Positions 11,701 to 23,900 of a DNA stretch of 64,000 nucleotides are shown piece by piece. This DNA is from Hormiphora californensis (taxonomy: Eukaryota; Animalia; Ctenophora). The notes beneath the pieces were generated by a model that saw only the letters and a program-made list of their open reading frames with translations, did no database searches and had not been told where the DNA came from. The stretch lies in contig CM035357.1 of NCBI GenBank assembly GCA_020137815.1, forward strand, positions 3,286,001-3,350,000, in the 5' to 3' direction. The number at the start of each line of letters is the position of its first letter. Position 1 is the stretch's first letter. The position numbers and the translations under genes are program-made.

Positions 11701-14700
11701 AATTTTAGTATACACAAGAATGGGTACTCACAATATGAATTAGTTTGGTTTTATCAATATTTTTACTCAACTTAAGTGGATAACAGCAGTTTCCATCATA
11801 AATCGTTACTCAACCGTATGAAAGAGAGTACATTTGGTATTTATTTCGGGTTTATTGGCTAGAGCTAACATTTTTCTTCGAAAATAAGCTTCTACTTTAA
11901 CAAAAGGATAACTCAGCCGGTGTGGATAACCATTTTTGTACCCCTTGGTCAGCATTAGACATTTCGATTCTCATTTATCCACATCGATTGAGTAAGTTAT
12001 ATGACCAGGAAATTACAGGTAGAGACCAACCTCAACCAACAAGGGCAGTTTCCGAGCAAAAATTAACTCAACCGGTGTGGATAACGTCTCTTTGCTGTTA
12101 AGAGGATTTTAGCGGAAAATCGAAGTTATCCACACTTGTTGAGTATCTAATTGGAGCTAATCTAGCTTGTTCATTGATTTGGTATCGATTAGGAATATTT
12201 CACAAGTTGAGTAACCAAAATTGTGGATAATTTACGCATCTTCAAGTTTGGGAGGCTGTGTATCCACAATGGTTGAGTAAAACTTGCTCAACCGTATATG
12301 AGGAGGTTCCCACAACAATTATAATTGCAGTTATCCACAAAATTGAGGAATAGTTACAAAGATTACTCAACCAGGTGGATATTCATAAAACTTGTGTTTT
12401 TATCCACACTGGTTGAGCAATCGATTTAATTATTTAAAATTAGTAGAATTTAAACATATTTTGACCTGCTTACAAAATTTTAAGTGTCTAGAAGGTGTCT
12501 AAGTGGTCTAAAAATTTGTTTCAGTAATTTTGGTCGATTTTTTGAAACCCAAAATATCGAAATTTCAGCAGACTTTTTGACCGTGACCATATAGAACATG
12601 ATTCGAGGAAGCCAATCAAGAGTGTTAGACGATATGGTCACGGTCAAAAAGTCTGCTGAAAATCGATATACTTTTGAATTTACTCAATCGTGGATAAGAT
12701 CCTCTCCATGGACAAATTTTTCGAACTCAACCCACTCAAAATTGTTCAAATTTTATTAATCTGAAAAGTCCAATATAATTGCTTTATCTGTTTCTCTGTA
12801 ATCAGCACTTAAAAAGTGTGGATAACAAATCGTGTGGATAACGGGCTCAACCGCATGATGATCGTGCTAGCAATATGAAATTTTAGTATACACAAGAATG
12901 GGTACTCACAATATGAATTATTTTGGTTTTATCTATTTTTTTACTCAACTTGTGTGGATAACATCAGTTTCCATCATAAATCGTTACTCAACCGTATGAA
13001 AAAGAGTACATTTGGTATTTATTTCGGGTTTATTGGCTAGGGCTAAAATTTTTCTTGGAAAATAAGCTTCCACTTTAACAAAAGGATAACTCAACCGGTG
13101 TGGATAACCATTTTTGTATCCTTTGGTCAGCATTAAACATTTCGATTCTCATTTATCCACATCGATTGAGTAAGTTATATGACCAGGAAATTACATGTAG
13201 AGACTAACCTCAACCAACAAGGACAGTTTCCGAGCAAAAATTAACTCAACCGGTGTGGATAACGTCTCTTTACTGTTTAGAAGATTTTAGCAGAAAATCG
13301 AAGTTATCCACACTTGTTGAGTATCGAATTGGAGCTAATCTAGCTTGTCCATCGATTAGGTATCGATTAGGAATATTTCACAAGTTGAGTAACCAAAATT
13401 GTGGATAATTTACGCATCTTCAAGTTTGGGAGGCTGTGTATCCACAATGGTTGAGTAAAACTTGCTCAACCGTATGTGACGAGGTTCCCACAATAATTAT
13501 AATTGCAGTTATCCACAAAATGGAGTTATAGTTACAAAGATTACTCAACCAGGCGGATATTCTTAAAACTTGTGTTTTTATCCACACTGGTTGAGCAATT
13601 GATTTAATTATTTAAAATTAAAATAATTTAAACATATTTAGACCTGCTTACAAAATTATAAGTTTCTAGAAGGTGTCTAAGTGGTCTAAAAATTGGTTTC
13701 AATAATTTTGGTCGATTTTTCGAAACCCAAAATATCGAAATTTCAGCAGACTTTTTGACCGTGACCATATGAGACACGATTCGGGGAAGGTTTCTATCGC
13801 TTTCCATCTCTATGACCCTATCCACATCTCTGTGTCTCTCTTTCTTTCTCTTTCTTTCTCTATCTCCCTCTTTCTCTCTCACTTTCTCGAAGGGAGAAAG
13901 AGAAACATGGAGAAAGAGAGATACCCATAACTTTTTACCGAATGATATGAGAAAAGTCATGGTTTAGCCATGCGAATTGAATGGATGATATCTTCTTGAC
14001 CTCCCTGACCATTAGTCCTTCAATGCCGCCACCTCCTTCCAATCCGGTTTCTCTAGCTAAACCGACAATCTGCAAGAAACGACCGAGAGGCTAGGTGCCT
14101 ACACCTGGTAGGCGGACTCTAGTGCTAACGGACTCTATATATAAACCCAAGGAGGACTCTATATCTAGCCCTAACCTTTACACTAAACCCTAACCTCGAA
14201 CCCAAATAACAGCCCTAACACTTCTAAACGAGTATAGAGGCACAGCAAACTCTCGTTTCCGGCCTAACGGCCGAAATCTCGAGTTCGCTTTTCGTGATTT
14301 TAGCACTAGAGTCCGCTTACCGCCTACATCTACCTGCTAGGAAAGCGACGAAACGTATTTCCACGGAGCTCAACTGTCTTTTCTCATTCGAAAGAAAGAC
14401 AGACAGACAGACAGACACAGCGATGTGGATAGGGTCATAGGGATGGAAAGCGATAGAAACCTTCCCCGAATCGTGTCTCATATCGTCTAACACTCTTGAT
14501 TGGCTTCCCCGAATCATGTTCCATATCTCGTATCGTCTCCTACTGCTAATAAGCTTCCCCGAATCACATGGTTCATATCCCGTATTGTCTCCCACTGCTA
14601 ATAAGGCGTTCCAGAATCGTATCACATGTCCATCCCCCTCATTAGCATTTGAAATACATATGTATTTGAAATACATATATATATTTCGGTGTCGAGATTC

Positions 14701-17504
14701 TTCCGACCTGCCCACAGACATTTCGATTTTTGAGTTTGCCATACCTAGTGAATATGTAGGTACAATATATTGTAATATATATACCTTTTAGGCCAGAAAA
14801 AAAGAAACAACCCGTCTCCACATATGTTACAAATGATATTATATGTATAATTTTTTTATTTGGGGTTTTCCGAGAATAAATTCAAATTTTGAAATCGAAT
14901 TTTAATAGGAACATGAATGGCACAACTGAAATCTATGGAAGTCCAGCACAGTCCATCCTTCTTGCGATCTACAGTTTCCTCGCTGCATTCTTTGGCCTCA
15001 CTGGTAACGGACTTGTCCTATATTCCTCTATACGTTACGATGCCATCCAACTGGATGAAGTTTCTGTGGAGTTCCTGAGAAACCTAGCTCTTGCAGACAT
15101 TCTCTATACTGTCTGTGCTTCTTTGCCCCAGTTTGTCACCTTTGCCTCACGCCGCTGGGTCATGGGTCCGGTCTACTGTATTATACAGGGTGAGATTGGT
15201 ATAATACCCGGGTCTGTGAACACACTCACCGTGTTCGCTATATCGGCATACCGACTAAAACTAGTCATCTCGCCCTTCCATCACATCTCACTGCGAACAG
15301 CCCGGATTCTAATTGGGTTCATCTGGCTCCTTGCGTTTACTCCCATTGCAGTAGTGGAGGTGTACCGACTGGAAAATACCTTCGTACCGTACATTGCGAG
15401 GTGTATTCTCAGTGACGTTTACCAACACGATGACGCTCGGTTACCCTTTATGATATTTATTGGACTCATCGTGTTCCTACCCCTTTTTGGTATTATTGCT
15501 ACCAATTGTGTGCTTTTAGGGGTCGCTCTTCGGCTTACAAGCTCCAGAAATAACGGTCCAAGTCGCGGAATCAACTTCAACTTCAAGGCCCTTCTGGTTA
15601 TTCTATCTTTATCTGCATTTTTCATGGTAAGTTGGGGTCCCTACCTTGTCTACACATTTGTCATGCTCAAGACAGACAAGGCCCCCCACCATTTCGCCCT
15701 AGCAGCTTTCCATTTGCTCCTCCTAAATGCCTTTGGTAACCCTTTTCTCTACACCCTCACCAACAAAAGATTTGGCCGGTATGTCTACAGTCTGTTCTGT
15801 GGTATGCTGAGGAAACGGAACGTTGTTGCTGGATCTATTCCTAAGAAACAAAGTAGAACTAGCTCTAACCCAACCACTAGACTGTAAAAGAGTTGGTAGT
15901 AAACCTACCCCTGAACGCGAGGCCGTACCGAACACGCTCCCGGAGCGTAATAGGGGTGACTTCGTAACCAAGTAATAGAGATAGGGAGACCCTACTATAA
16001 GGAACGCAGAATTAAACCTTTACATTTACATGGTCAATGATGATTTGGAATTTGTACGTCGCGTGTGCAATGTGTGTTTTTTGTTTGTTTTTGTTGTTGT
16101 GTTTTTTGTGCCTTTCAAATGAATTTCGAAAACCATGAAACCCGACGTGTGATTAATTAAAGTTAAACTACCATAATCATGCATCATCTTCTAATTAGTT
16201 TAAACTAACCGCCTCCTGTAACATGTTATTGAACAGTCCTCACATGATGTCTCATACCAGTGTCTGCAGTGATTTACCCCTTGCAGCAGGTCCCTCACCT
16301 CCCACTATAATAGGTCCCACCTCCTTTCTCCCAGTATCACCCCCTGCCACCCCTTGCAGCAGGTCCCTCACCTCCCACAATTACAGGTCCTACTTCCTTT
16401 CTCCCAGTATCACCCCCTGCCACCCCTTGCAGGTCCCTCACCTCCCACTATAATAGGTCCCACCTCCTTTCTCCCAGTATCACCCCCTGCCACCCCTTGC
16501 AGGTCCCTCACCTCCCACAACAACAGGTCCTACTTCCTTTCTCCCAGTATCACCACCTGCCACCCCTTGCAGGTCCCCCACCTCCCACTATAACAGGCCC
16601 CACTTCCTTTCTCCCAGTATCACCCCCTGCCAAGTGCCACCCCTTGCAGGTCCCCCACCTCCCACAACAGGCCCTACTTCCTTTCCCCGGTGCGAAATGT
16701 TGGCCAATTTATCAATCTAATTGATATCACTTTTATGCTTAAATTTATGACTTATTGCACTCCCATCATCATTACACGCTAGTGGCGCTTGCCAGCGCTG
16801 CTAAATTTTTTCAGGTGCTAACACCGACCATTATATGTACTCCTAGATAGTAGATATAATGTCAAAAGTAGTTTTTATTGCTCGGATAGTCTTTAAAACT
16901 GCTGGAATGCACGGAATGCATATGTGCATTTAAGATACTCCTGGGGGCCCTTGCCGGCGCTACGAAATTTTTCAAGGGCTAACACCGACCATTATTATGA
17001 TTCAGTGATATACAACTCTCAGTGATAGTGAGAGAGAGAGATTCGCACTCTAAAATTGCTCTCCAATGCGACATCAATACAGGGTGATATTTTCCAATGC
17101 ACCAGCAATGCATTGCTGGCGCATTGGAAAATATCACCCTAAAAATATCACCCTCATAGAAAAAAATTATAGCACTTTTTTCGACCGGATTTCACATTGA
17201 TAACACCTTGAACAACGTTTCGCACTGGGTTCCTTTCTCCCAGTATCACCCCCTGCCACCCCTTACAGCTATATATCCACAGTTTTAATATCTCTCTCAG
17301 ATAAAACTAAGTGTCTGACAATGTCATTACTTCTACATGTGACACACGTAATGACCGTTGTGGGGTAAACTGAATACTAAATACTAGTTGAGATATCTTC
17401 CCCTTTTTGTTTGGCTGTCTTGGCAGGTACAGATCTTTGAAAACCATTATATATGTGTCCTATATACAGATCATACTCGAATATAGCTCTAGCGCGAGAG
17501 AGAT

Positions 17505-17542
<38 letters not shown>

Positions 17543-17846
17543 AGAGAGGCAGAGAGAGAGAGAGAGAGAGATGAGAGAGAGAGAGAAGAGGGGGGAGAGA
17601 GGGAGAGAGAGGAGAGAGAGAGAGGGAGAGAGAGAGAGAGGAGACGATAGAGAGAGAGAGAGAAGAGGAGAGATGAGAGAGAGAGGGGAGAGAGAGAGAG
17701 AGAAGGGAGCTAGAGAGGGAGAGAGGAGGAGAGAGAGGGGAGAGAGAGAGAGATATGAGCGAGATATGAGAGAGAGATATAAGTCATATATAGCTCTCTC
17801 GAGGAGATCGCAGTATCCAGCCACTCTTTTGCTCCCCACCTTTCTA

Positions 17847-17904
<58 letters not shown>

Positions 17905-20770
17905 ACCTCTTTCTCTGTTGTGCAAATCCGACACGTACAGCTCTGGCATTTGACAGCAGATACTGTTACAGTAGCTCGACCGGTGCGGGGTTCATCGCTC
18001 AACTATTGCTCAGCTATTAAAGAGTCCATTGCTCAGCTATATCCATTTCTAGCGACTATTTCCGTTGATATAGCACGTGGCCCGGCCATGCCGCATCATT
18101 GCAATGCATTGCTTGGGTTTTCCTTAAAAGTTGAGCAACAACAAAAACTATAATTTTACTGCTATCCTTTGCGAAATTGTTGAACATCTGATACCACATT
18201 TAAACAAAGTTCAGGATTAATCTACAGTATGTCTGAAATGGTTCCAATCTTTGCTTTGTGCACCACTGGGGTACTGGCAATCAGCTACATGGTCAACATT
18301 TGAAAACATAAAAAGAAGAACTCTCTCCGGAAAAGCTGTACATCATTATCCACGTCCTGGATGTCTTGGTTCTGATCCTGGTTACCATTGGTTACGGATT
18401 TCAGAATCCAACCCAAGAAATAATTATGAGTATGGCCCGACTGATAATATTTTGTGCTGGGATATGGACAGTGGCTCTCTGTACAGTTCGCCTCATTGTC
18501 ATTGCCAGCCCCTTCTACCAAATCAAAAAGAAGCTATTTTGGATGGGCAGCATTGTTACCATGCTGATCTACGTTTCAGCAACCTGTGCTGCCATACAGT
18601 TGACAACAATTCCAGGTGACCCCGCAACTACATACAAGAATTACCTGATAATAACCGTCACGATGCCCTTTCCCATCATGTCCACTCTGTTTAGTACAGC
18701 CCTGGCAATTTTCATCCTGCTGAGGAAGCCCAACCCGGAAGTTCCGATATCACCTGAAAAAAGGCGAGCATCCTGGAACATCATCCTTGTCACCATAGTT
18801 TACTTTTTCTACTACCTCTCCCACCTCTCAGTCTACATAGCCCTCTATATAACCTCATCTGAGGCCCACCCGACGGTGGTGGGCCTCTCCATCTTCGCCT
18901 GGTCCAGCTATATCTTCCACTCCTTTATCACGCCCTGCCTTGTCATCAGAAATGAGATCAAAGAATTAGGAACGAGGCTGGTTAACCGCTGTAAACCCAC
19001 AAACACTGTCGTACCAGCTGAGAGGTCATCTCATGGTAGTGGGTTACCGAAAACAGCATCTACTTCTACTTGAGATTAGAGATACACCTGGTTTAATTCA
19101 CCAGCACGTTACAACTTACATCCCCTTTTGTTGTTGCTAAGGTGTTGAAATGGTGTTGCTATTATAGAAACAGATATCTTGCCAAGCTATTATTATTATT
19201 GCCTAGCTAGACTGTGTTTTGTTAGAACATAACAATATCATTACAGCTGAATTTCCAAATTTTAACTTTCCCGCTGAACGGTTGATTATATGATGATGAT
19301 TGATTCAATTTTTCTGTTTCAATTTCAAACTCGATGTTTCCTTAGTTCCCATCTTATCCCTCCATCCAACTCACGCAAAATACAAACAAATAGGCAGGCT
19401 AAAAAAAATAAAAATGCAGGCTATTAGGGAGAAGGGATCCAACTTCTCCATCGATAAAACCGCGTCCATTTAGTTGGTGTTTCTAGTAAGTAGGGACCTA
19501 TTGGAACCTACTAGAAATTGAATTAGACAACAAGTATGCACCAAAATGTCAACATATTATCCTGGCTAATATAACATTTCTCGGTTCCCCTCAGGTTCGC
19601 TATTGGGTGGGGCGCTGCTTCGTGCCTTGTGTTACTGTAACGTAGTGAACAAAGCTGTGAAATCTGGACACACTCTACACTCTCGAATATTGGTTGTCAA
19701 AGGTGGGTTTTTTTGGATTTCATATTATACTTTCCGTACTTTTTTAGTTCTTGGTAACATGTTGGTAACATGAAACATGTGTTAGAAACATGTTTCTCAG
19801 AGGGGACGGGGCTAAAATCACATTACGAAGATATTTGTTGATGCTGCGTCAGGTCCTAATTAATTATTATGTCTCATTTGTTTTGAATTCAGTACTGAAT
19901 TACCGTGTATTTCTTTGATTATTATGTCTCATTTCTCAAAGTCACTAATTCTTTCTTCAGGTTCTCCTGATGGTCGGGGCCAGTACATGACCATTATGAA
20001 TGCCATATTTGCTGCTCAGAAAAACAAGATTGCCATCGATTCCGTTGTACTGGGAGAGGAGAGTACTTATCTGGAACAGGTTAGATCTCATCTGGGTTTT
20101 GGGTAGTGAGAGAAATTGAGTGCAGTTTTATACCACCTCATGCGTTGCGTAGAGTTAATTTATGAAAATACGCTTGATCGGATTTAACTCTGCTTACTTT
20201 TTAGGCGAGTGAGATAACGGGTGGAACATATCTTCGAGTCTCGGACCACAGTACACTAACGCAATACCTGCTTAGCGTCTTCCTGATGGCTATTGAGTTC
20301 CGGAAAACATTCAACATCCCACCTCCAAATAAGGTAATGTTCAACATCCCACCTCCAAATAAGGTAATATACAACTGTATATTCAACTGGTAAAGATAGG
20401 GTAAACACTGTAATCCTAGTGTAGCCATGTTTCCATAGTGTAGCTCTTGGTTAATTAAACCGAGAGTTACACTAGTATGGAAACAGCGTTTTACCGCTCA
20501 CTTCTAACTAGTCAGTAGTCACTATTTGAATTTTCTGTCTGAAATTAATCCATGCAACAATCCTCGTATTTTCAGGTTGATTTTAGAGCAGCTTGTCAGT
20601 GCCATGGCACAATGTTGGATACTGGGTTCGTATGTTCCGTCTGTATGACAGTGTACTGTTCCTTCCGGGCAATTTGTCAGTCTTGTAACGCTCACTTTAA
20701 ATTGAGAACAGCGGTCAAGAAAGTCAAGAAGACAGCCGGGAAACGAAAACTTGAAAATGGGAAAAGTTGA
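5724..20770 (+). CDS. GTF2H3: TFIIH subunit p34/Tfb4; exons 5724-5864, 6177-6363, 19595-19702, 19961-20079, 20205-20333, 20576-20770
   Basis: Spliced translation gives LLVVLVDLHPVWW, SLLGGALLRALCY, SRILVVK, QYMTIMNAIFAAQK, LEQASEITGGTY and the C-terminal zinc finger VDFRAACQCH..GFVCSVC..CQSC. All junctions are GT-AG with matching phases. Intron 2 is 13.2 kb. Confidence 0.92.
6825..7358 (+). repeat. ~0.55-0.65 kb dispersed direct repeat; second copy at 17266-17925
   Basis: Near-identical text from acagctatatatcca...ctctcagataaaactaag through ...ctacctctttctctgttgtgcaa at both positions. Confidence 0.85.
7356..8183. mobile_element. MITE with G-tract TIRs and gaagttttt subterminal repeats
   Basis: 5' caaggggggg-ccggctgaagtttttgaag and 3' cttcaaaaacttcagccgg-cccc..atg are inverted. 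No clear TSD. Confidence 0.75.
8191..9077. mobile_element. Non-autonomous DNA transposon, nTTGG...CCAAG termini, 7-bp TSD gtaacac
   Basis: gtaacac at 8184-8190 and 9078-9084. Termini are shared with the short copies at 15892-15972 and 53195-53304. Confidence 0.7.
9120..9830 (-). pseudogene. Fragmented nested gene remnant with a repeated extracellular-type domain
   Basis: Overlapping minus-strand ORFs (KLCGTLQISSGLTQRDQIYTFLCHSKGDAVRL). Internal repeat gaataaggtgtaga.gtcaaga.agattg at 9151 and 9655. Frames are broken. Confidence 0.3.
10230..11572 (+). mobile_element. Non-autonomous Helitron
   Basis: Inserted between A and T of gttcaaa|ttttatt (the empty site is visible at 12743-12757). Starts TC, ends CTAG, GC-rich hairpin ttcgcccgtagggcgaacgggc just before the end, no TSD. 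Confidence 0.85.
10490..10830. repeat. Dispersed repeat with ctctcaaaggcaaaacgttacct units; inverted relative at ~22058-22370
   Basis: aagttcacctgtccgtattgtttg and the caaaggcaaaacgttacc units occur reverse-complemented at 22058-22345. Confidence 0.7.
12636..13766. mobile_element. ~1.13-kb TIR element copy 2 (uninterrupted)
   Basis: Same 26-bp TIRs and atat flanks; highly similar to copy 1. Confidence 0.88.
14109..14320. mobile_element. Small MITE
   Basis: gtaggcggactctagtgctaa / ttagcactagagtccgcttac inverted ends. Confidence 0.6.
14913..15887 (+). CDS. Rhodopsin-family (class A) GPCR, intronless, nested in GTF2H3 intron 2
   Basis: Seven hydrophobic segments, GN in TM1, NLALAD in TM2, WVMGPVYC, SAYR (DRY position), SWGPY, NPFLY. 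N-glycosylation site MNGT. Confidence 0.9.
   Translation: MNGTTEIYGSPAQSILLAIYSFLAAFFGLTGNGLVLYSSIRYDAIQLDEVSVEFLRNLALADILYTVCASLPQFVTFASRRWVMGPVYCIIQGEIGIIPGSVNTLTVFAISAYRLKLVISPFHHISLRTARILIGFIWLLAFTPIAVVEVYRLENTFVPYIARCILSDVYQHDDARLPFMIFIGLIVFLPLFGIIATNCVLLGVALRLTSSRNNGPSRGINFNFKALLVILSLSAFFMVSWGPYLVYTFVMLKTDKAPHHFALAAFHLLLLNAFGNPFLYTLTNKRFGRYVYSLFCGMLRKRNVVAGSIPKKQSRTSSNPTTRL
15892..15972. mobile_element. 81-bp member of the TTGG..CCAAG family
   Basis: Ends ggggtgacttcgtaaccaag; flanks taaaaga / taataga. Confidence 0.6.
16277..16690. repeat. C-rich minisatellite, ~62-70 bp unit, about 6 copies
   Basis: Repeated ccccttgcaggtccctcacctccca...ctttctcccagtatcaccccctgcca; another fragment at 17230-17265. 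Confidence 0.9.
17081..17140. repeat. 60-bp near-perfect palindrome
   Basis: agggtgatattttccaatgcaccagcaatg|cattgctggcgcattggaaaatatcaccct (one mismatch). Confidence 0.9.
18229..19073 (+). CDS. Compact divergent 7TM GPCR-like gene, one frameshift near 18300-18315 (pseudogene or assembly indel), nested in GTF2H3 intron 2
   Basis: ATG 18229 opens a hydrophobic TM1. The 18366 frame supplies TM2-7 with TVRLIVIASPFY (DRY region), KRRASWNIILV and HSFITP (NPxxY position). Confidence 0.6.
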
Positions 20771-20927
20771 AAAAAGAGAACGAGGGTTGGTTTATATTTG
20801 TATTTTTGATTGTTTTAACAATGTTTTTAATTTATTTTCCTTTTAACAAAAAGATACGTTTAAACTTGGCTCATTTCACCTTCACTTCATCCGAAACAAA
20901 AATACCCCACTCCCACTACTAGTGTTT

Positions 20928-23900
20928 ATGCTCATAAGACGGTTGGTAGTAACAACAACCACACTCCTGTCTCGGTCTCTTTCAACTCTGAACATCATGG
21001 AGCCCCAAATGACACGTTGGAATATGAGTGCAGGGGATTTGGAGAAGGGGCTGGATGAAATGCTGAAAAAGTCTCGCTCCCTCTACGATGGTGTAGCTGA
21101 TCTGAAGCCTAATGAGGTAATAATTATTAATTAATTAATTAGGGGTTGAAGCCTAATGAGGTAATAATTAATAATTAAATCATAACTACCTCATTATAAT
21201 TGAATTAGGGTCTTTTTGAAATTGTGGAGAATTTGTTCTCACTCCTCTCTGTCCCTCTTCAGATGCCCTCACTCGTTGAAAAGTTAACGGAAGCTCACCG
21301 TTTTTATGATTCAGTTTCCACATTCTTCGATTTCCCCTCTCAAGTTTCCGGGGACAAGTCTGTTCGAGATGCTTGTAAGTTTTCATCTTAACCTAAACTC
21401 CAAAGAGTAAATACTCTCCCGGTCTCCAACCCCCTCTACTAACAAACTCTAAAGGTTTTGCCCTGTTTTAAACATGTTCCCTTCTATTTATCAGCGGTCG
21501 AGGCTGATAAGAAGCTATCTGAGTTCAGTGTAGAGATGAGTGCTAGGAAGGATGTGTTTGATGTTGTGTGCTCCTACCAGAATACCCAAACACCCGCTAC
21601 TGCAGAATCAAAACGGTACGTCGGTGTAATCTAGAAATATAATCAGAAGAAGGAGAGAATCATATACGCAATGTTTCACGCGCTCTCGCCAGCCCCACCG
21701 CTCCTGGTCTGAGGGTGTCGGTTGACACTCCTTGCATCCTCCACTGAAATTGTCCGGCCAGGGGCCGTGACAGAGTTTTGGAGCTTGGAAAATCCCAGAT
21801 CAGAAGCAGTCCCTTTGGTTGAGGAGAATTCGTTGAGCCCCCAGTCCAGACCAGGAGAAGCGGACGACTCCCAGTCAAGACTGGGAGCCGTAAGCCGCTG
21901 CGCCACGTCAAGGCTTCTCCTCATGCGAGCGGGTTGTTGTTGTTGTTGTGGTGCTGCGATTCGGACTATGCAGAGCATATCGCCTCAAACGCTCCACGGA
22001 GTCTAACTCCCGGCCTAACCAAGTAAAACTTGGGAATTCCCTATATGAATCTGGAACTAGGTAACGTTTTGCCTTTGAGAGATTCTTGAGTTTGATTTGA
22101 TCTGGAACAAGTTAACGTTTTGCCTTTGAGAGACTCTTGAGTTTGGTCTGGAACAAGGTAACGGTATCCCTTGGAGAGATTCTTGTGTTTGGTTTAGTCT
22201 GGATCAAGGTAACGTTTTTCCTTTGAGAGTGTCTTGAGTTTGGGTCTGGAATCCCGATGTATACCGTGTTTTGAATAGTCAATTACATTCACAATATAAA
22301 CTTTACACAATCTGTGAACAAACAATACGGACAGGTGAACTTACAGAATTTTGATGGATGATTGGTACCGTGATGTTGTTAATGATGAGATGAGGTATCC
22401 ATTTCCATGCCAGTAGCGATGAAGATAAACAAAAAACGATCAACACAGATAAGGGGTAGGACTGAGTGTAACAGCAATAGACTATAAAATGTTCTAGAAG
22501 ACAAATACAATGTAAGACATGTCTGGACGTAGCAGAACGTGTAAAGACCGTCAGGAATCGCTAAAATACGAAAATTTCAATTTTGACGTCATTGTGACGT
22601 CATAGCGTGACGTCACGACATTATAACGTCATGATAGGGAAATATTATTATCAGGCTCATCTAGATAAAGAGGCTGACCAAGTTTGAGATCGATTGGACA
22701 AGATTTGAGGTCGCTATGGCGAAAAACGCACTATTGTCATATCTATTTTCATACAGTCTTAACACGCGATTTGAGACCTTTAGAAATAGAGTTTCACAAA
22801 TTCGCTATACAGTTTCTGAAAGTTTAGACGATTATCTTTCATAAGTGTGGTCTCCGTTTTTCAATCAAAAACCGTCTTCAGGGTGTAAATTGAGCTCAAA
22901 GAAATTTGGTTGGTTTGAAAAATGTCCTATCTTTATGACAGTTTGTCAAGACGTTCTGATTGGACCTAGAACATGACAAATATTTGTCTACACAATTCAA
23001 ACGATTATCTTTCGAATGCAACAAACGAGAAGGGTCTATCTTATGTCGTTTTCTCTCAAAAACGATTATAAATTTGGTAAAATGCGTCTATCCATAGATA
23101 CATAGACACTTATTGCTTTTTTCACGATGGCATATCTCTAAAACTAAAAGAGATAAAGACTTGCCCTTTTAAACTACAGTAGATCTAGACTATGTGACAA
23201 TGTATACCAAATTTCAGACTGATTGGTGCAGTGGGGGCCTCGCTATGGGCGTCGCAAAATGCCATTTTTGGCTAAAAACTGAAAAAAGTTATTACTGCAT
23301 TCTGGCATGCGCGGCTGGGGGGAGGGGATGGTCACCTTTGTGCTTGCCAGCGCAGTGATACATACATAACTTGAATTTTTCATACTTTCAAGCGACTTCA
23401 AGTTATAAAAACAGCCATGAAATAATGCCTATCTGTTAGTACTAATTAGTTTGATTATCGGCTTTAGTTGCCATTAGCTGGGATAGCTGGTTCCACTTGA
23501 AATCGGATCCTCAACCTTTTCTTGCAGAAATCCAGGGCAGCAATGAAGCATTCGATGTTGTAGAGCAGTGGGTTAATAACGGCATTTATGGGCAGAATGG
23601 CGAGAGAGAAAACCTGGTACCACGGTGACATATCGAATACCTCTGTCGTGTGGAGGGCACAACAAATCAGAAACGGCATCCAGCAGCAGAAATCTGTGGC
23701 ACAAACTAACATTATTTTCTGGTTAAGCTTCGAAGCGAGATTACTGCCCTCTGGTGGTTTGCTCCGTGCTACCAGAACCCCAATGACAGTGTGACAGAGA
23801 GCCACAGTTAGGAAACAGACGAAATGTAGGGAAATGTAAAGCCACACGAACGTCACCTGAGGATCATCTGGAAGGACAAAGAACTTGAACAAACAAACTG

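Larger units (their letters stand above)
10115..12588. mobile_element. ~1.13-kb TIR element copy 1 (interrupted by a Helitron)
   Basis: TIR ggtcacggtcaaaaagtctgctgaaa / tttcagcagactttttgaccgtgacc, flanked by atat on both sides. Confidence 0.85.
9866..14716. mobile_element. Long-TIR (~300 bp) non-autonomous DNA element with nested insertions
   Basis: 9866-10114 + 12589-12635 + 13767-13835 rejoin into the reverse complement of ~14415-14716. Confidence 0.8.

Noticed and set aside
11573-13766. Bacterial oriC or contamination suggested by DnaA boxes
   Set aside because: The boxes lie inside TIR-bounded duplicated elements within a spliceosomal intron, and there are no bacterial genes nearby.
14165-14220. 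Telomere-like ccctaa motifs
   Set aside because: Few, degenerate and inside a small MITE; not a telomeric array.
16277-16690. CRISPR-like array (also 10660-10830 and 61490-61880)
   Set aside because: Units repeat in full without unique spacers; there are no cas genes and the context is eukaryotic.
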